From a virus (Duplodnaviria > Caudoviricetes): DNA of 49,012 nucleotides. How positions within the stretch are numbered: position 1 is the stretch's first letter; each line of letters begins with the position of its first letter. The stretch covers positions 1-49,012 of IMG/VR virus record IMGVR_UViG_3300046061_000046; one strand, given 5' to 3'. The position numbers were made by a program, and so were the translations under genes. The notes under the pieces were generated by a model. It was not told the origin of the DNA. It did no database searches and saw only the letters and a list, made by a program, of their open reading frames with translations. Shown piece after piece: positions 8,341-16,893 of the stretch.

Positions 8341-8850
8341 TTAGTTCCTGATTTTCCCCAGCTGATCGTTGCCGATTCGCTTTGCGGTACTCAGGGCGAT
8401 ATCGCCGTATACCTCGACCACTACGTTCTCTGCGCGGACATCTACATATGTCCACTGGCCAGTTGTGGTCGAGATCGCCTCATCCCCGAGACTCTCGTTG
8501 TTCACCGCGTACCCATCTGACTCGTACGTGTTTCGCCGGTCATTGATGAATGAACTTGCATCCGTTGGCGACTCGAACACCGCGACGGCAACAGTCAATT
8601 CGTCGTTGCTATTTTCCAGGTCGATAGCCTGGCTGGACTCCATTCCAATCGGTTCGAGGTTACCTTCTCGTGTCTGATTTACCGACCATTCACCGCCTAT
8701 CTCGTCGCCGGTCAACAGGTACGTTCTCGCATTCTCGTGATACCCTGAAGCCGTGCTCGTTTCTGATTGACCCGTGAATTGTGCACACCCGGCGATGCTT
8801 ATCAGAACTACTGTCAGAAGGATAAGCTTGTACGACCGTGTGTCATCCAT
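8341..8850 (-). CDS. Lipoprotein (moron-like)
   Basis: Hydrophobic stretch ending in ISIAGC lipobox; visibly lower GC; own AT-rich upstream region. Confidence 0.85.
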   Translation of the reverse strand: MDDTRSYKLILLTVVLISIAGCAQFTGQSETSTASGYHENARTYLLTGDEIGGEWSVNQTREGNLEPIGMESSQAIDLENSNDELTVAVAVFESPTDASSFINDRRNTYESDGYAVNNESLGDEAISTTTGQWTYVDVRAENVVVEVYGDIALSTAKRIGNDQLGKIRN

Positions 8851-8939
8851 CTCTATACAGCAACGAAATGTCGATCGCTTGTAAAACTACTTCTGCCGGG
8901 CGATAGAGGAGTACGAGTGAGTCGAAAAAAGTAGCCTGA

Positions 8940-9152
8940 CTACTCAACGTCCGGGTCGTTCGGGCAGGGATCGCCATCGACGCGGTCGTGGTCGATGTCC
9001 TCAATGTCGTACGCCGCCGCGTCGCACTCTTCGCAGACGACGATCCCGAACGGCTCGCCTTTCTTGAAGCCGTCGACGTCCACCGGGACCGGCGAGCGCG
9101 GGAGGCGATAGTGAGTGTTCTCCCGGGCCCACTTCGGATGCCGCCCGCTCAT
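8940..9152 (-). CDS. Hypothetical zinc-binding protein (start MSGRHPKW)
   Basis: CEEC...H...C; ATGA overlap with the 31-aa upstream ORF. Confidence 0.6.
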   Translation of the reverse strand: MSGRHPKWARENTHYRLPRSPVPVDVDGFKKGEPFGIVVCEECDAAAYDIEDIDHDRVDGDPCPNDPDVE

Positions 9153-9244
9153 TCGAGCTTCCAGTCCACGCCGTTCGTCGAGATCCGGATCCACAGGTTC
9201 CGCGGCAGCTTCGGGATCGGGATCTTGCCCTCGATGCTGATCAT
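9149..9244 (-). CDS. 31-aa microprotein, not in ORF track
   Basis: MISIEGKIPIPKLPRNLWIRISTNGVDWKLE; GGAGGTGA SD, ATGA overlaps at both ends. Confidence 0.6.
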   Translation of the reverse strand: MISIEGKIPIPKLPRNLWIRISTNGVDWKLE

Positions 9245-9468
9245 GCGTCACCTCCCTCGGGCTGGACCTCCCGAAGGTCGTCGGCCCACTCCTCGGCTTC
9301 TTCGATGACTGCGTCCATGTTCTCGATGGCTTCCTCCGCCGTCTTGCCCTTCGCCTTGATCTTGATTTCGTCCTGGTCCCGCGTACCGCTGCCGCGCTTC
9401 AGCTTCGACGTGATCGACACGCCCGAAGCGACGTTCTCGACCGTCTCCGTCTGGTCGTTCTCAGGCAT
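9241..9468 (-). CDS. Conserved haloarchaeal virus/plasmid small protein
   Basis: GVSITSKLKRGSGTRDQD motif. Confidence 0.8.
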   Translation of the reverse strand: MPENDQTETVENVASGVSITSKLKRGSGTRDQDEIKIKAKGKTAEEAIENMDAVIEEAEEWADDLREVQPEGGDA

Positions 9469-9889
9469 GGACAGTCACCTCGTCGAGGACGCCGGCACGG
9501 TCAGCGGCGTCGGTGTGCAACTGGAGCCACTCCCGGGCTTCGTGAACAGCAGCGTCGATCTCGTCCTCATCCCAGTGGTCTGTCCAGTCCGGAGCATCGG
9601 TCACGATCGTCGCGCAGGCCCGGGCGACCTGCTCGTTGACGACGGCGTCGACCTCCCTGTCGAGCGTCTCTGCGGCGTCGAAGGTCGCCATGGCAACCCG
9701 GCCACGGTCGTCGCGCAGCTCGCTGAGCTGATAGCAGCCCTCGGCGAGTTCGACGAGCCGGGTCAGGTCGTCGTCGGTGGTGTGGTCGCCCTGTACCTGT
9801 TCGTGCACACGGTTGTGCAGTAGCGTCACGTCGAACTCCTTGGCCGTCTCCCGGGCCAGCGTCCCGACGCGTTTCCCGGCGCGCACCAT
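9461..9889 (-). CDS. Hypothetical protein (start MVRAGKR)
   Basis: Acidic helical 142 aa. Confidence 0.75.
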   Translation of the reverse strand: MVRAGKRVGTLARETAKEFDVTLLHNRVHEQVQGDHTTDDDLTRLVELAEGCYQLSELRDDRGRVAMATFDAAETLDREVDAVVNEQVARACATIVTDAPDWTDHWDEDEIDAAVHEAREWLQLHTDAADRAGVLDEVTVHA

Positions 9890-9891
9890 TG

Positions 9892-10128
9892 TCAGGCCAC
9901 CCCCAGGGCCCGCCGCAGGCGGACGAATAGCCCGTCCGGTTCGAAGTGCCGGGCGTAGGCCTCGTCGCCGAAGAACTTGCGGTCCGACTCGACCCGTTCG
10001 AGCGTCGCTCCCTCGATGCAGTAGCCGTCGATCACGACGCCTTCGTCCGTCTCCTCGACGGACTCGTTGACCGGCCACGTGTGTTCGAGGAACCCGCCTT
10101 CGAGTTTGATGTAGGCGTACATCGTCAC
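9892..10128 (-). CDS. Hypothetical protein
   Basis: 78 aa, GTGA coupling. Confidence 0.7.
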   Translation of the reverse strand: MTMYAYIKLEGGFLEHTWPVNESVEETDEGVVIDGYCIEGATLERVESDRKFFGDEAYARHFEPDGLFVRLRRALGVA

Positions 10129-10508
10129 GTCCCTCCGATGCCGTCCATTAGACCGGCCGCGTCGAGCAGGTCCACGGTAACCCGGACCCAGTCCCGGTCG
10201 TCGACGTGCGCGGCGACGTAGAGAACGTAGTCATCGAGTGCGCCCTCAACGTCGTCGACGACCGTCTCGACCGCATCAGCGTCGGCGACCAGCTGCCGGC
10301 GCACGAGGACTGACCCGTCACGGGAGTACATCTCGTGGCGCTCGCTCGTGACGATGATGCGGTCACGCTGCTCGTCGTAGTAGTGGTTCAGATCCTTCGA
10401 GTCCACGCCGATGTGGACTAGGTCGTTCGCGACGACGTCGATCGCGACGTCGTCCTGTTCGACAGGTTCTTGTCCGGAGTGGCCGGACTGTGACACGCTT
10501 CGGCTCAT
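10125..10508 (-). CDS. Hypothetical protein, first gene of the leftward early operon
   Basis: Acidic 127 aa, divergent from the repressor. Confidence 0.75.
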   Translation of the reverse strand: MSRSVSQSGHSGQEPVEQDDVAIDVVANDLVHIGVDSKDLNHYYDEQRDRIIVTSERHEMYSRDGSVLVRRQLVADADAVETVVDDVEGALDDYVLYVAAHVDDRDWVRVTVDLLDAAGLMDGIGGT

Positions 10509-10589
10509 AGTTGGGTTCGAAGCGCGGTCGGGCGTGTTGGCTCACGCCCCGGCCATTCTGCGACCGGCGTCCCGTGCTTCTTACTCCAT

Positions 10590-10700
10590 AGTTCAGCGGC
10601 CTTGACCTTATAGTTTGTGTTACAAACTCTTATTACCCGCTTTTTTCAATGGCTGGTGTCGCAAAGTCTTTAACGCAAGCGCGTATCAATAAGTTTGTAA
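10590..10700. promoter_or_regulatory. Divergent immunity control region with operator AGTTTGT-N3-ACAAACT
   Basis: Perfect inverted repeat 10612-10628; second AGTTTGT at 10692-10698 just before the repressor ATG; TATA-like boxes on both strands. Confidence 0.75.
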
Positions 10701-10975
10701 TGCAAGCCAGTGAGACAAGCGGCATGGCGCTTGATGAAGACGACCTCCGGGAGGTCGATCGGTTCATTCTTGACTATCTTCAGGAGGGTCGCGTGACGCC
10801 GGCGTACTGTCGGGACCGTATCATCCAGGAAGGACATCGCGAGGACCTCACCTCAACCTACTGCGGCCAACGACTGCAGCGCCTCGAAGAGCACGACCAC
10901 GTCGAGAACCTGCTTGGCGTCGGGCTCTACCAACTCGTCACTGACCCACGGGAGGTTAACGATGGCGATGACTGA
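10700..10975 (+). CDS. phiH1-repressor-like winged-HTH protein (alternative start 10724)
   Basis: DRFILDYLQEGRVTP...YCGQRLQRLEEHDHVENL..GLYQL. Confidence 0.82.
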   Translation: MQASETSGMALDEDDLREVDRFILDYLQEGRVTPAYCRDRIIQEGHREDLTSTYCGQRLQRLEEHDHVENLLGVGLYQLVTDPREVNDGDD

Positions 10976-12740
10976 ACCGGCCGACCCCGACCAAGACGAC
11001 CGCGAGATCGTCGTTGGCGAGACCGCCGGCGGCGAGGCCTACGCCCTCCCCGTTGAGGAGATCCTCACGGGTCGAGCGTTCATCACTGGGAAGTCCGGCG
11101 CGGGCAAGTCTAACACCGGGAGCGTCATCGCCGAGGAACTTCTCGAGCGCGGCCACCCCCTGCTGATCGTCGATGTCGATGGCGAGTACTGGGGCCTCAA
11201 GGAGGCCTACGAGGTACTTCACGTCGGCGCGACCGAGGAGTGTGACCTGCAGGTCGGCCCCGAACACGCCGGCAAGCTCGCCGACCTCGCCCTCGGCCAG
11301 CACGTCCCGATCATCCTGGATGTCTCGGGGTATGTGGATGGCGACACCGCCGACGAACTCGTCCTCGAAGTCGCACGGGAGCTGTTCGCCCGCGAGCAGG
11401 AGGCACTCCAGCCGTTTCTCATGCTCGTCGAGGAGATCCACGAGTTCCTGCCTGAGCAGGGCGGCCTTGGCGACGTAGGGGAGATGCTCATTCGCGTCGC
11501 AAAGCGCGGCCGCAAGCGGGGCCTCGGCATCATGGGCCTCTCCCAGCGCCCGGCGAACGTCAAGAAGGACTTCATCACGCAGGCCGACTTGCTCATTTGG
11601 CATCGGCTCACTTGGAGCAACGACACGAAGGTCGTCAAACGGGTCGTCGGCACCGCCGAGGCCGATGCCGTCGAAGACCTCGACGATGGCGAGGCGTTCG
11701 TCCAGGCCGACTGGAACGAGGCCGACGTCGAGCGGGTCCAGTTCCGCCGCAAGGAGACCTTCGACGCCGGCGCGACACCTGGCCTCGACGATGTCGACCG
11801 TCCCGATCTCAAGTCCATCGGCGAGGACCTCGTTGACGAGCTTGAGGAGATCTCCGAACAGCACTCCCGCCGACAGGACCGCATCGCCGAGCTGGAGGCG
11901 ACGATCGACGAGAAGGACGAGCGGATCGAGGACCTCGAAGCCGAGATCGAGCGACTGAAGACCGCCGACGAGACGCTCGATCTGTTAACTCGCCGGCTGG
12001 AGGGGTCGGCCGCCGAGGGCGAGGTCTCCGAGGAGATGCAACAACGGTTGGAGGAAAAGAACGAGCAGATCCGTGAGCAGGAGGTGACGATCGAGAGCCT
12101 CCGTGAGGACCGCGGGGATCTGCAGGACCGCGTCGACGACCTCGAAGCCGATGTCAAGCGGCTCCGGTCCTACGAGGACCGCGTCGAGCAGGCCGAGCGC
12201 ATCGAGGAGCAGTTAAAAGAGGCCCGTGATGTGCTCGGAGTCGACGTGACCGAAACCGCCAGCGCCGCCGCTGGCGACCAGCCTGACGACGTTGAGGACC
12301 TGCACGCAGAACTCGCGAACGCGCAGGAACAGATCCAGAGCCTCGAAGCCGAGAACGAACGGCTTCGCGAAGCCGCCGAAGAGACCGATGGTGTGGTCGT
12401 CCCGACTCACTACCAGGACTTTGTCTCCGAGCCAGTCGTCCAGAATGCCATCGAAGACGCGAAAGAGAAGACGACCGCCTCGCCCCGCTACGTCAAGGGC
12501 GTCGTCGCCGCGATCGTCCAGGAAGGAGACGCTGTCAACTACGACACCATTGCTGAGCGACTGGGTGTGTCGACGACGAGCGATGTGTCGAAGGCCGCCT
12601 CAACGCTGGAGGCCATCGGCGTGCTGGAGCGAGTCCAGCAGTCGCCGGCGAGGGTCGACTTCGACCTTGACGGTGTCGCTGAAATCAAGCAGAAACAGCA
12701 GCGCCGCGAGCAAGCCGAGGTCGTGATGGAGGATCTCTGA
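10962..12740 (+). CDS. HerA/FtsK-superfamily (DUF87-like) ATPase with long coiled coil and C-terminal HTH
   Basis: Walker A GKSGAGKS, Walker B LVEEIHE, KRGRKRG, SQRP; heptad-rich middle; YDTIAERLGVSTTSDVSK. Confidence 0.88.
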   Translation: MAMTEPADPDQDDREIVVGETAGGEAYALPVEEILTGRAFITGKSGAGKSNTGSVIAEELLERGHPLLIVDVDGEYWGLKEAYEVLHVGATEECDLQVGPEHAGKLADLALGQHVPIILDVSGYVDGDTADELVLEVARELFAREQEALQPFLMLVEEIHEFLPEQGGLGDVGEMLIRVAKRGRKRGLGIMGLSQRPANVKKDFITQADLLIWHRLTWSNDTKVVKRVVGTAEADAVEDLDDGEAFVQADWNEADVERVQFRRKETFDAGATPGLDDVDRPDLKSIGEDLVDELEEISEQHSRRQDRIAELEATIDEKDERIEDLEAEIERLKTADETLDLLTRRLEGSAAEGEVSEEMQQRLEEKNEQIREQEVTIESLREDRGDLQDRVDDLEADVKRLRSYEDRVEQAERIEEQLKEARDVLGVDVTETASAAAGDQPDDVEDLHAELANAQEQIQSLEAENERLREAAEETDGVVVPTHYQDFVSEPVVQNAIEDAKEKTTASPRYVKGVVAAIVQEGDAVNYDTIAERLGVSTTSDVSKAASTLEAIGVLERVQQSPARVDFDLDGVAEIKQKQQRREQAEVVMEDL

Positions 12741-12792
12741 TGTCCTCAGACGGGAGTGAGCGATTCGGATACTTATCACACGACCCTATCAA

Positions 12793-12837
12793 TTGCATAT
12801 ATGCAAAGTATTAAGTGGGTGGCTTGCATATATGCAA
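12793..12837 (+). promoter_or_regulatory. Promoter flanked by two perfect TTGCATATATGCAA palindromes
   Basis: 12793-12806 and 12824-12837 with TATTAAG between them; ATG at 12851. Confidence 0.85.
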
Positions 12838-12850
12838 GTGTAGAAAGACA

Positions 12851-13240
12851 ATGTCCGACTCACCCACCGCCACCGAACTCGAAACCGACGCGGTCGACGA
12901 AGACACGCTCGCCGGCTACGCCGACCAACACGACGCCTGCAACGTCTTCGCGTTCTGGTACGTCGAGAACGTCAACGAGAACGCGGTCGTCAAGGACGCC
13001 ATCGTCGGCAACGTTGAGCACGCCTACGTCTACGATCCCGACCTGAACGCGACCATCGACGCAACGCTCGGCCAGTTCGACGGCGACTTCGGCCTTGATG
13101 TCGCCGACGCTGGCGCGTGGGACGGCGACAACCACCCACACACCAACGACGGCGACGAGGTCTACGAGTGGGGCAATCGAGACGCCTTCAACGACCATTA
13201 CGACCAGGCCCGAAACAGCGTTTCCTACGTGGTGGCCTAA
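12851..13240 (+). CDS. Putative papain/transglutaminase-like protein
   Basis: DAC...EHAYV...IDATLGQF gives Cys-His-Asp in the expected order. Confidence 0.55.
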   Translation: MSDSPTATELETDAVDEDTLAGYADQHDACNVFAFWYVENVNENAVVKDAIVGNVEHAYVYDPDLNATIDATLGQFDGDFGLDVADAGAWDGDNHPHTNDGDEVYEWGNRDAFNDHYDQARNSVSYVVA

Positions 13241-13242
13241 AA

Positions 13243-13833
13243 ATGACGGACCGACTCACCGCCACCGAACGCGAACAACTCTCGAAGATAGCCTCCGACG
13301 CCGAAATTGAAGCCGCTATCGAACAGAACGACGACCCCGACCACCCCGACGCCTATACCGTCGGTGAGGTTCGCAATGTGCTCGCCCGCATCAACGCCGA
13401 CATCCTCGCCCACTGGGATCTCCACCAAGACGCGCTTGACGACGGCGCATACGAGATCGTCCACGAAGACCGCGAGGTCATCGTGCTCGCCGAGGGCGGG
13501 CACTTCTGGAGCGAGCAGCTTGACGCGATGCAGATCGGAGACGAGAACGGCATCCTCTACTCGATCGTCGTCTCACTCCATCACACTGCCGCCCGAAAGC
13601 ACTGCGAGCATTCGTGGTCCGTCTCAACGCCAGTCGTCGTCAAGAAGACCGGTGACGTCCGCGCTGGCGAGCAGAACGTCCTGCGCGAGATCGCGCGCCG
13701 GACCGAGGAGTACGGAACCGTCTCCCGTGCTGTCGACACGCTCGCGACCGAGGTCCATGACTGGAACAAAGGCGACTGGGCGCGTCTCACGGACCGTGAC
13801 CCGTCAGTCGTCACGCGGACGACAGACAACTGA
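13243..13833 (+). CDS. Hypothetical protein with probable C-terminal HTH
   Basis: AVDTLATEVHDWNKGDWARLTDRDPSVVTR. Confidence 0.7.
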   Translation: MTDRLTATEREQLSKIASDAEIEAAIEQNDDPDHPDAYTVGEVRNVLARINADILAHWDLHQDALDDGAYEIVHEDREVIVLAEGGHFWSEQLDAMQIGDENGILYSIVVSLHHTAARKHCEHSWSVSTPVVVKKTGDVRAGEQNVLREIARRTEEYGTVSRAVDTLATEVHDWNKGDWARLTDRDPSVVTRTTDN

Positions 13834-13834
13834 G

Positions 13835-15184
13835 ATGCCCCGCACGCTCCTCGCCGAAGGGAGTCGCGACTGCCCGGTCTGTGGCGAGCGCAAAGAGCGC
13901 CTGTCCCGACACTGGAGTTTCTGCGAGTTTCCCGACGCCGACGGCGACCTCCGAGCACTCCTGACGGGCGTGCTCCTGGGTGGCGGGACACTCCAGGGCA
14001 ACGGCGAGAACACCCAACACTTGCTCGTCCAAACAACCAGCGAGTCGCTCGCGCGGTGGCTGTTCGCCGAACTCGACTGGCTCGCCCACTCGCTGCGGCG
14101 TCGGACGTTCGAGGGCGAGCGCGAGCCCATCTATCAGGTGCGAACGCACGCCCACACGTATCTCCGCCGACTCCGCGACCGCTGGTATCGTGACGGTGCG
14201 AAGCGGCTGCGGACCGACATCAACCTCTCGCCGCACGCTGGTCGCGTCTGGTGGGCGCTCGCCGGCGGCTTGGAGTGGACCGGCGATCACGACTCGCAAG
14301 TCCGCGGGATGTTCTCTGCTGAAGCCGACAGTCGCGCTGCCGCGATCAGCACATTGCTGGAGCGGCGGGGCTACGACCCCACGCGTCTCGACCGGCGAGT
14401 TGTCTTCTACGGCGACGACCTCCGTGACTGGTTGAGCTGGATCGGCGATCCCGTTCTTGGCGCTGAGCACAAATGGGAGACGGAGCAGGCGATATATTGG
14501 GCGCTTCGCAGTGACGCCGATTCGCCAGGCGCGTTTCGGGCGGCGGTCGCCCGCGAATCGCTGTCACTCGCACGCGAGCGAACTGCCGGCGAACTCACGC
14601 CCGAACGCTTCAACTCGGTCACGACGTCTGTTGACGCCGACACGGTCGCCGATGCGTTGGGTGGCGGGTCATGGGAGGATGCGCTCAACGTTGCCGGGAT
14701 TGACATGGAGCGGGCGGAAAACCGGTCGTTGGATACTGCGCACGCAGACACCTGGTTTTCAGACCCCGAGTCTGCCGACCCGCAGTATTCGGATGTCGAC
14801 CTAATCGACAGCCTCCAGCGTGCGGCAGCCGAACATGGGGAGTCACTGGAAATCTCGGAATATCGAACCTGGCGCGAAGGGTGCGACGACCAGGTTCCAA
14901 CTGCGGAAACGATTGTGGGGCGGATCGGGTGGAGAGCTGCTGCAGAAAAAGCGGGTCTCTCAACAAATAAACCCGGCGGCGGGCAGAAATATAGCGACAG
15001 CGATATTATAGAGGCCATCCAGGCGGCCGCGGGAGACAACCAACGACTGACTGCGGAGGAATATAAACGATGGAAAGCAGAGACGGAAGGCGATGCCCCG
15101 TCACGTGCGACTATCAGGAAGCGTCTGGGCTGGGCAAGCGCGTGCGAAATGGCTGGTCTTGAATATCGACGTCACACGAAGTAG
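13835..15184 (+). CDS. Zn finger + degenerate LAGLIDADG-like domain + homing-endonuclease-associated repeats
   Basis: CPVC..RHW; LTGVLLGGG and WWALAGG where GDG is expected; YSD.D....L/IQ.AA...EY..W....P...TI..R.GW..A.E.AGL twice plus one degenerate copy. Confidence 0.75.
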   Translation: MPRTLLAEGSRDCPVCGERKERLSRHWSFCEFPDADGDLRALLTGVLLGGGTLQGNGENTQHLLVQTTSESLARWLFAELDWLAHSLRRRTFEGEREPIYQVRTHAHTYLRRLRDRWYRDGAKRLRTDINLSPHAGRVWWALAGGLEWTGDHDSQVRGMFSAEADSRAAAISTLLERRGYDPTRLDRRVVFYGDDLRDWLSWIGDPVLGAEHKWETEQAIYWALRSDADSPGAFRAAVARESLSLARERTAGELTPERFNSVTTSVDADTVADALGGGSWEDALNVAGIDMERAENRSLDTAHADTWFSDPESADPQYSDVDLIDSLQRAAAEHGESLEISEYRTWREGCDDQVPTAETIVGRIGWRAAAEKAGLSTNKPGGGQKYSDSDIIEAIQAAAGDNQRLTAEEYKRWKAETEGDAPSRATIRKRLGWASACEMAGLEYRRHTK

Positions 15185-15291
15185 GTGACAGCGCCGCCGC
15201 TGGGCGTGGCCTCCGCGCTGGGTGCCTCCGGACCGCCCTTTCTTCGGCTTACAGATCGCCCCAACAACCGCTCACCCCACCCGCACACTCA

Positions 15292-15810
15292 TCACAGCGG
15301 GTCGCGCTCAACCTGGAGGTATGTGTCGGATGCCCCCCCCGACACGCGGAGTTCGCTGTCAGCGTTCCGGACGCGCCACTCGTACTCGTTGCCTGCTGTC
15401 AGTTCGACATGCCGCCCTTGGTAGAGGTAGTGGAACGCTTCGCCAGCGGCGCTGATCCCCGTTTCAAGCTTCGTCTCGCTTTCGTCACCGTTGATCCCAT
15501 CCGTCACGTCGCGCCACAAAACGACCAGTCGGTCACCCACCTGCTGGGGATAATACTCGACCTGGGTTTCGACGTAGTAGCGACCACTCTCGTCTGGGAC
15601 GAATTTTTGCTGGACGCGGTCGTACTCGTTGCGAGCGTCGTCAAGTACTCGGCTCCCGAGGACGATGGTCTCCCCAGCCTCAGCGCTCCGGCCGTTCTTG
15701 ATGGTTAGGTTGAGGTACGTCTCCGTCGATGAATCTGAGGCGGCGGTCGCGGCCGCGCCGCCGACGCTGCCTGCCACGCCAGCCAAAAACTGGCGTCGGG
15801 TAAATCTCAT
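15292..15810 (-). CDS. Tat-exported protein with C1q-like beta-sandwich
   Basis: TRRQFL twin-arginine signal; DD.RNEYD...FVPDESGRYYVETQV...VELTAGNEYE. Confidence 0.75.
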   Translation of the reverse strand: MRFTRRQFLAGVAGSVGGAAATAASDSSTETYLNLTIKNGRSAEAGETIVLGSRVLDDARNEYDRVQQKFVPDESGRYYVETQVEYYPQQVGDRLVVLWRDVTDGINGDESETKLETGISAAGEAFHYLYQGRHVELTAGNEYEWRVRNADSELRVSGGASDTYLQVERDPL

Positions 15811-15840
15811 GGGTGTATCGAAACGTTTCTCGCCCTCGCG

Positions 15841-15904
15841 GGAAAAGCCCCGCCCTCAAGGACCGAGCGGCTTTGCCGCGAGGGAGTAGGGCGGGGTAGT
15901 TTAC
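15841..15904 (+). mobile_element. Orphan IS200/IS605 (IS1341-type) right end, no tnpA or tnpB
   Basis: AAAGCCCCGCCCT...GCGGCTTTGCCGC...AGGGCGGGGTAGTTTAC nested hairpin ending in TTAC, resembling haloarchaeal tnpB element ends as I recall them. Confidence 0.7.
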
Positions 15905-16809
15905 TTGACGACCCGCCCCCTGACGGTAGCCTCAACGTCGATATCCCCGGCTGACCCTCGAATCTCGATTGAGTTCAGTGGCGTCCCCACATTGAAATTG
16001 CGGGCGTTGGGGTTGAACGTGGCCCCGAAGTCCGATGGGCTGCCCCACGCCCGCATGGTCACGAAGTCACTATACTGGCCGTCGAACCAGAGTGGGCCTG
16101 CGTAGGTCTTGTTATCAGCGATGCCCTCAACCAGCCCCCACTCCGTTTGGGTATTACTCCCAGCCCCCGTGTCGTCTTTTTCCGTGTAGTTAGACCCGCT
16201 ATCGCCGTTGAGCCGAATCTGTAGATCCTGCGAGTCACCAGATTGGTTTTTTATCTCGTCGACATCGACGATCACCCAATCATAATTATTGTTGAGATTG
16301 TAGGTGGTCGATTGCGTGGCTGACACTGAGATTGTGCCGTCGACGGCCCACTCGCTCGGGCTGATGACCTGCTTCTCTGTACCGAGCGCCCCGAACTTCC
16401 CATCGGGAGAGTCGTTGATCGTGTCATCGTACGTTTGATTCGACGTGTCGACCGTCCCGATCAGCAGGGATGGGTTCGTCGGCGGCGTCTGGTTCGAATC
16501 AACGTGAATCCCGATGTGGTCGTCCTGGGTGGGGTCGTGGTGCAGGTAGACGTAGTTCTTCCCGTTCGTGTTCGGCAGCGACACCGTCCGCTGATCGGCC
16601 AGCAAGTAGTACGCCTGCTTGGCGTCCTCGATGATGGCGAAGTTCCCCCACTGGTCGGTCGTGCCGATCGTCAGGTCGTTGTTCGTCCAGTCCGCGTCGA
16701 AGCCGAACCCACGCTCCTTGTAGTCGGTCTGGTTCCCGACCGCCAGCATCAGCGCGAGGTTCGTCTCACTTAGGTCGTCTCCGTCTTGATAGATTACCTT
16801 GTCTGCCAT
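15901..16809 (-). CDS. Tail fibre / receptor-binding protein
   Basis: Last gene of tail operon; NYVYL...PSLLIGTVDT N-domain, beta-rich lower-GC C-domain; start MADKVIY after GGAGG. Confidence 0.75.
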   Translation of the reverse strand: MADKVIYQDGDDLSETNLALMLAVGNQTDYKERGFGFDADWTNNDLTIGTTDQWGNFAIIEDAKQAYYLLADQRTVSLPNTNGKNYVYLHHDPTQDDHIGIHVDSNQTPPTNPSLLIGTVDTSNQTYDDTINDSPDGKFGALGTEKQVISPSEWAVDGTISVSATQSTTYNLNNNYDWVIVDVDEIKNQSGDSQDLQIRLNGDSGSNYTEKDDTGAGSNTQTEWGLVEGIADNKTYAGPLWFDGQYSDFVTMRAWGSPSDFGATFNPNARNFNVGTPLNSIEIRGSAGDIDVEATVRGRVVK

Positions 16810-16893
16810 GGTGTCCTCCTGAAGTCTGAAAAGCGTGCGACCGCTCACCCCGCTACGTCGTGAGCGCGGGGATCACTGCGGTCGGTCTGGTGG

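Noticed and set aside
13307-13834. N-terminal extension of the 625-aa ORF
   Set aside because: Overlaps the better 13243..13833 gene; the ATG at 13835 follows its stop directly
15292-16809. DGR or invertible tail-fibre cassette
   Set aside because: No reverse transcriptase, no template/variable repeat pair, no invertase or flanking inverted repeats seen
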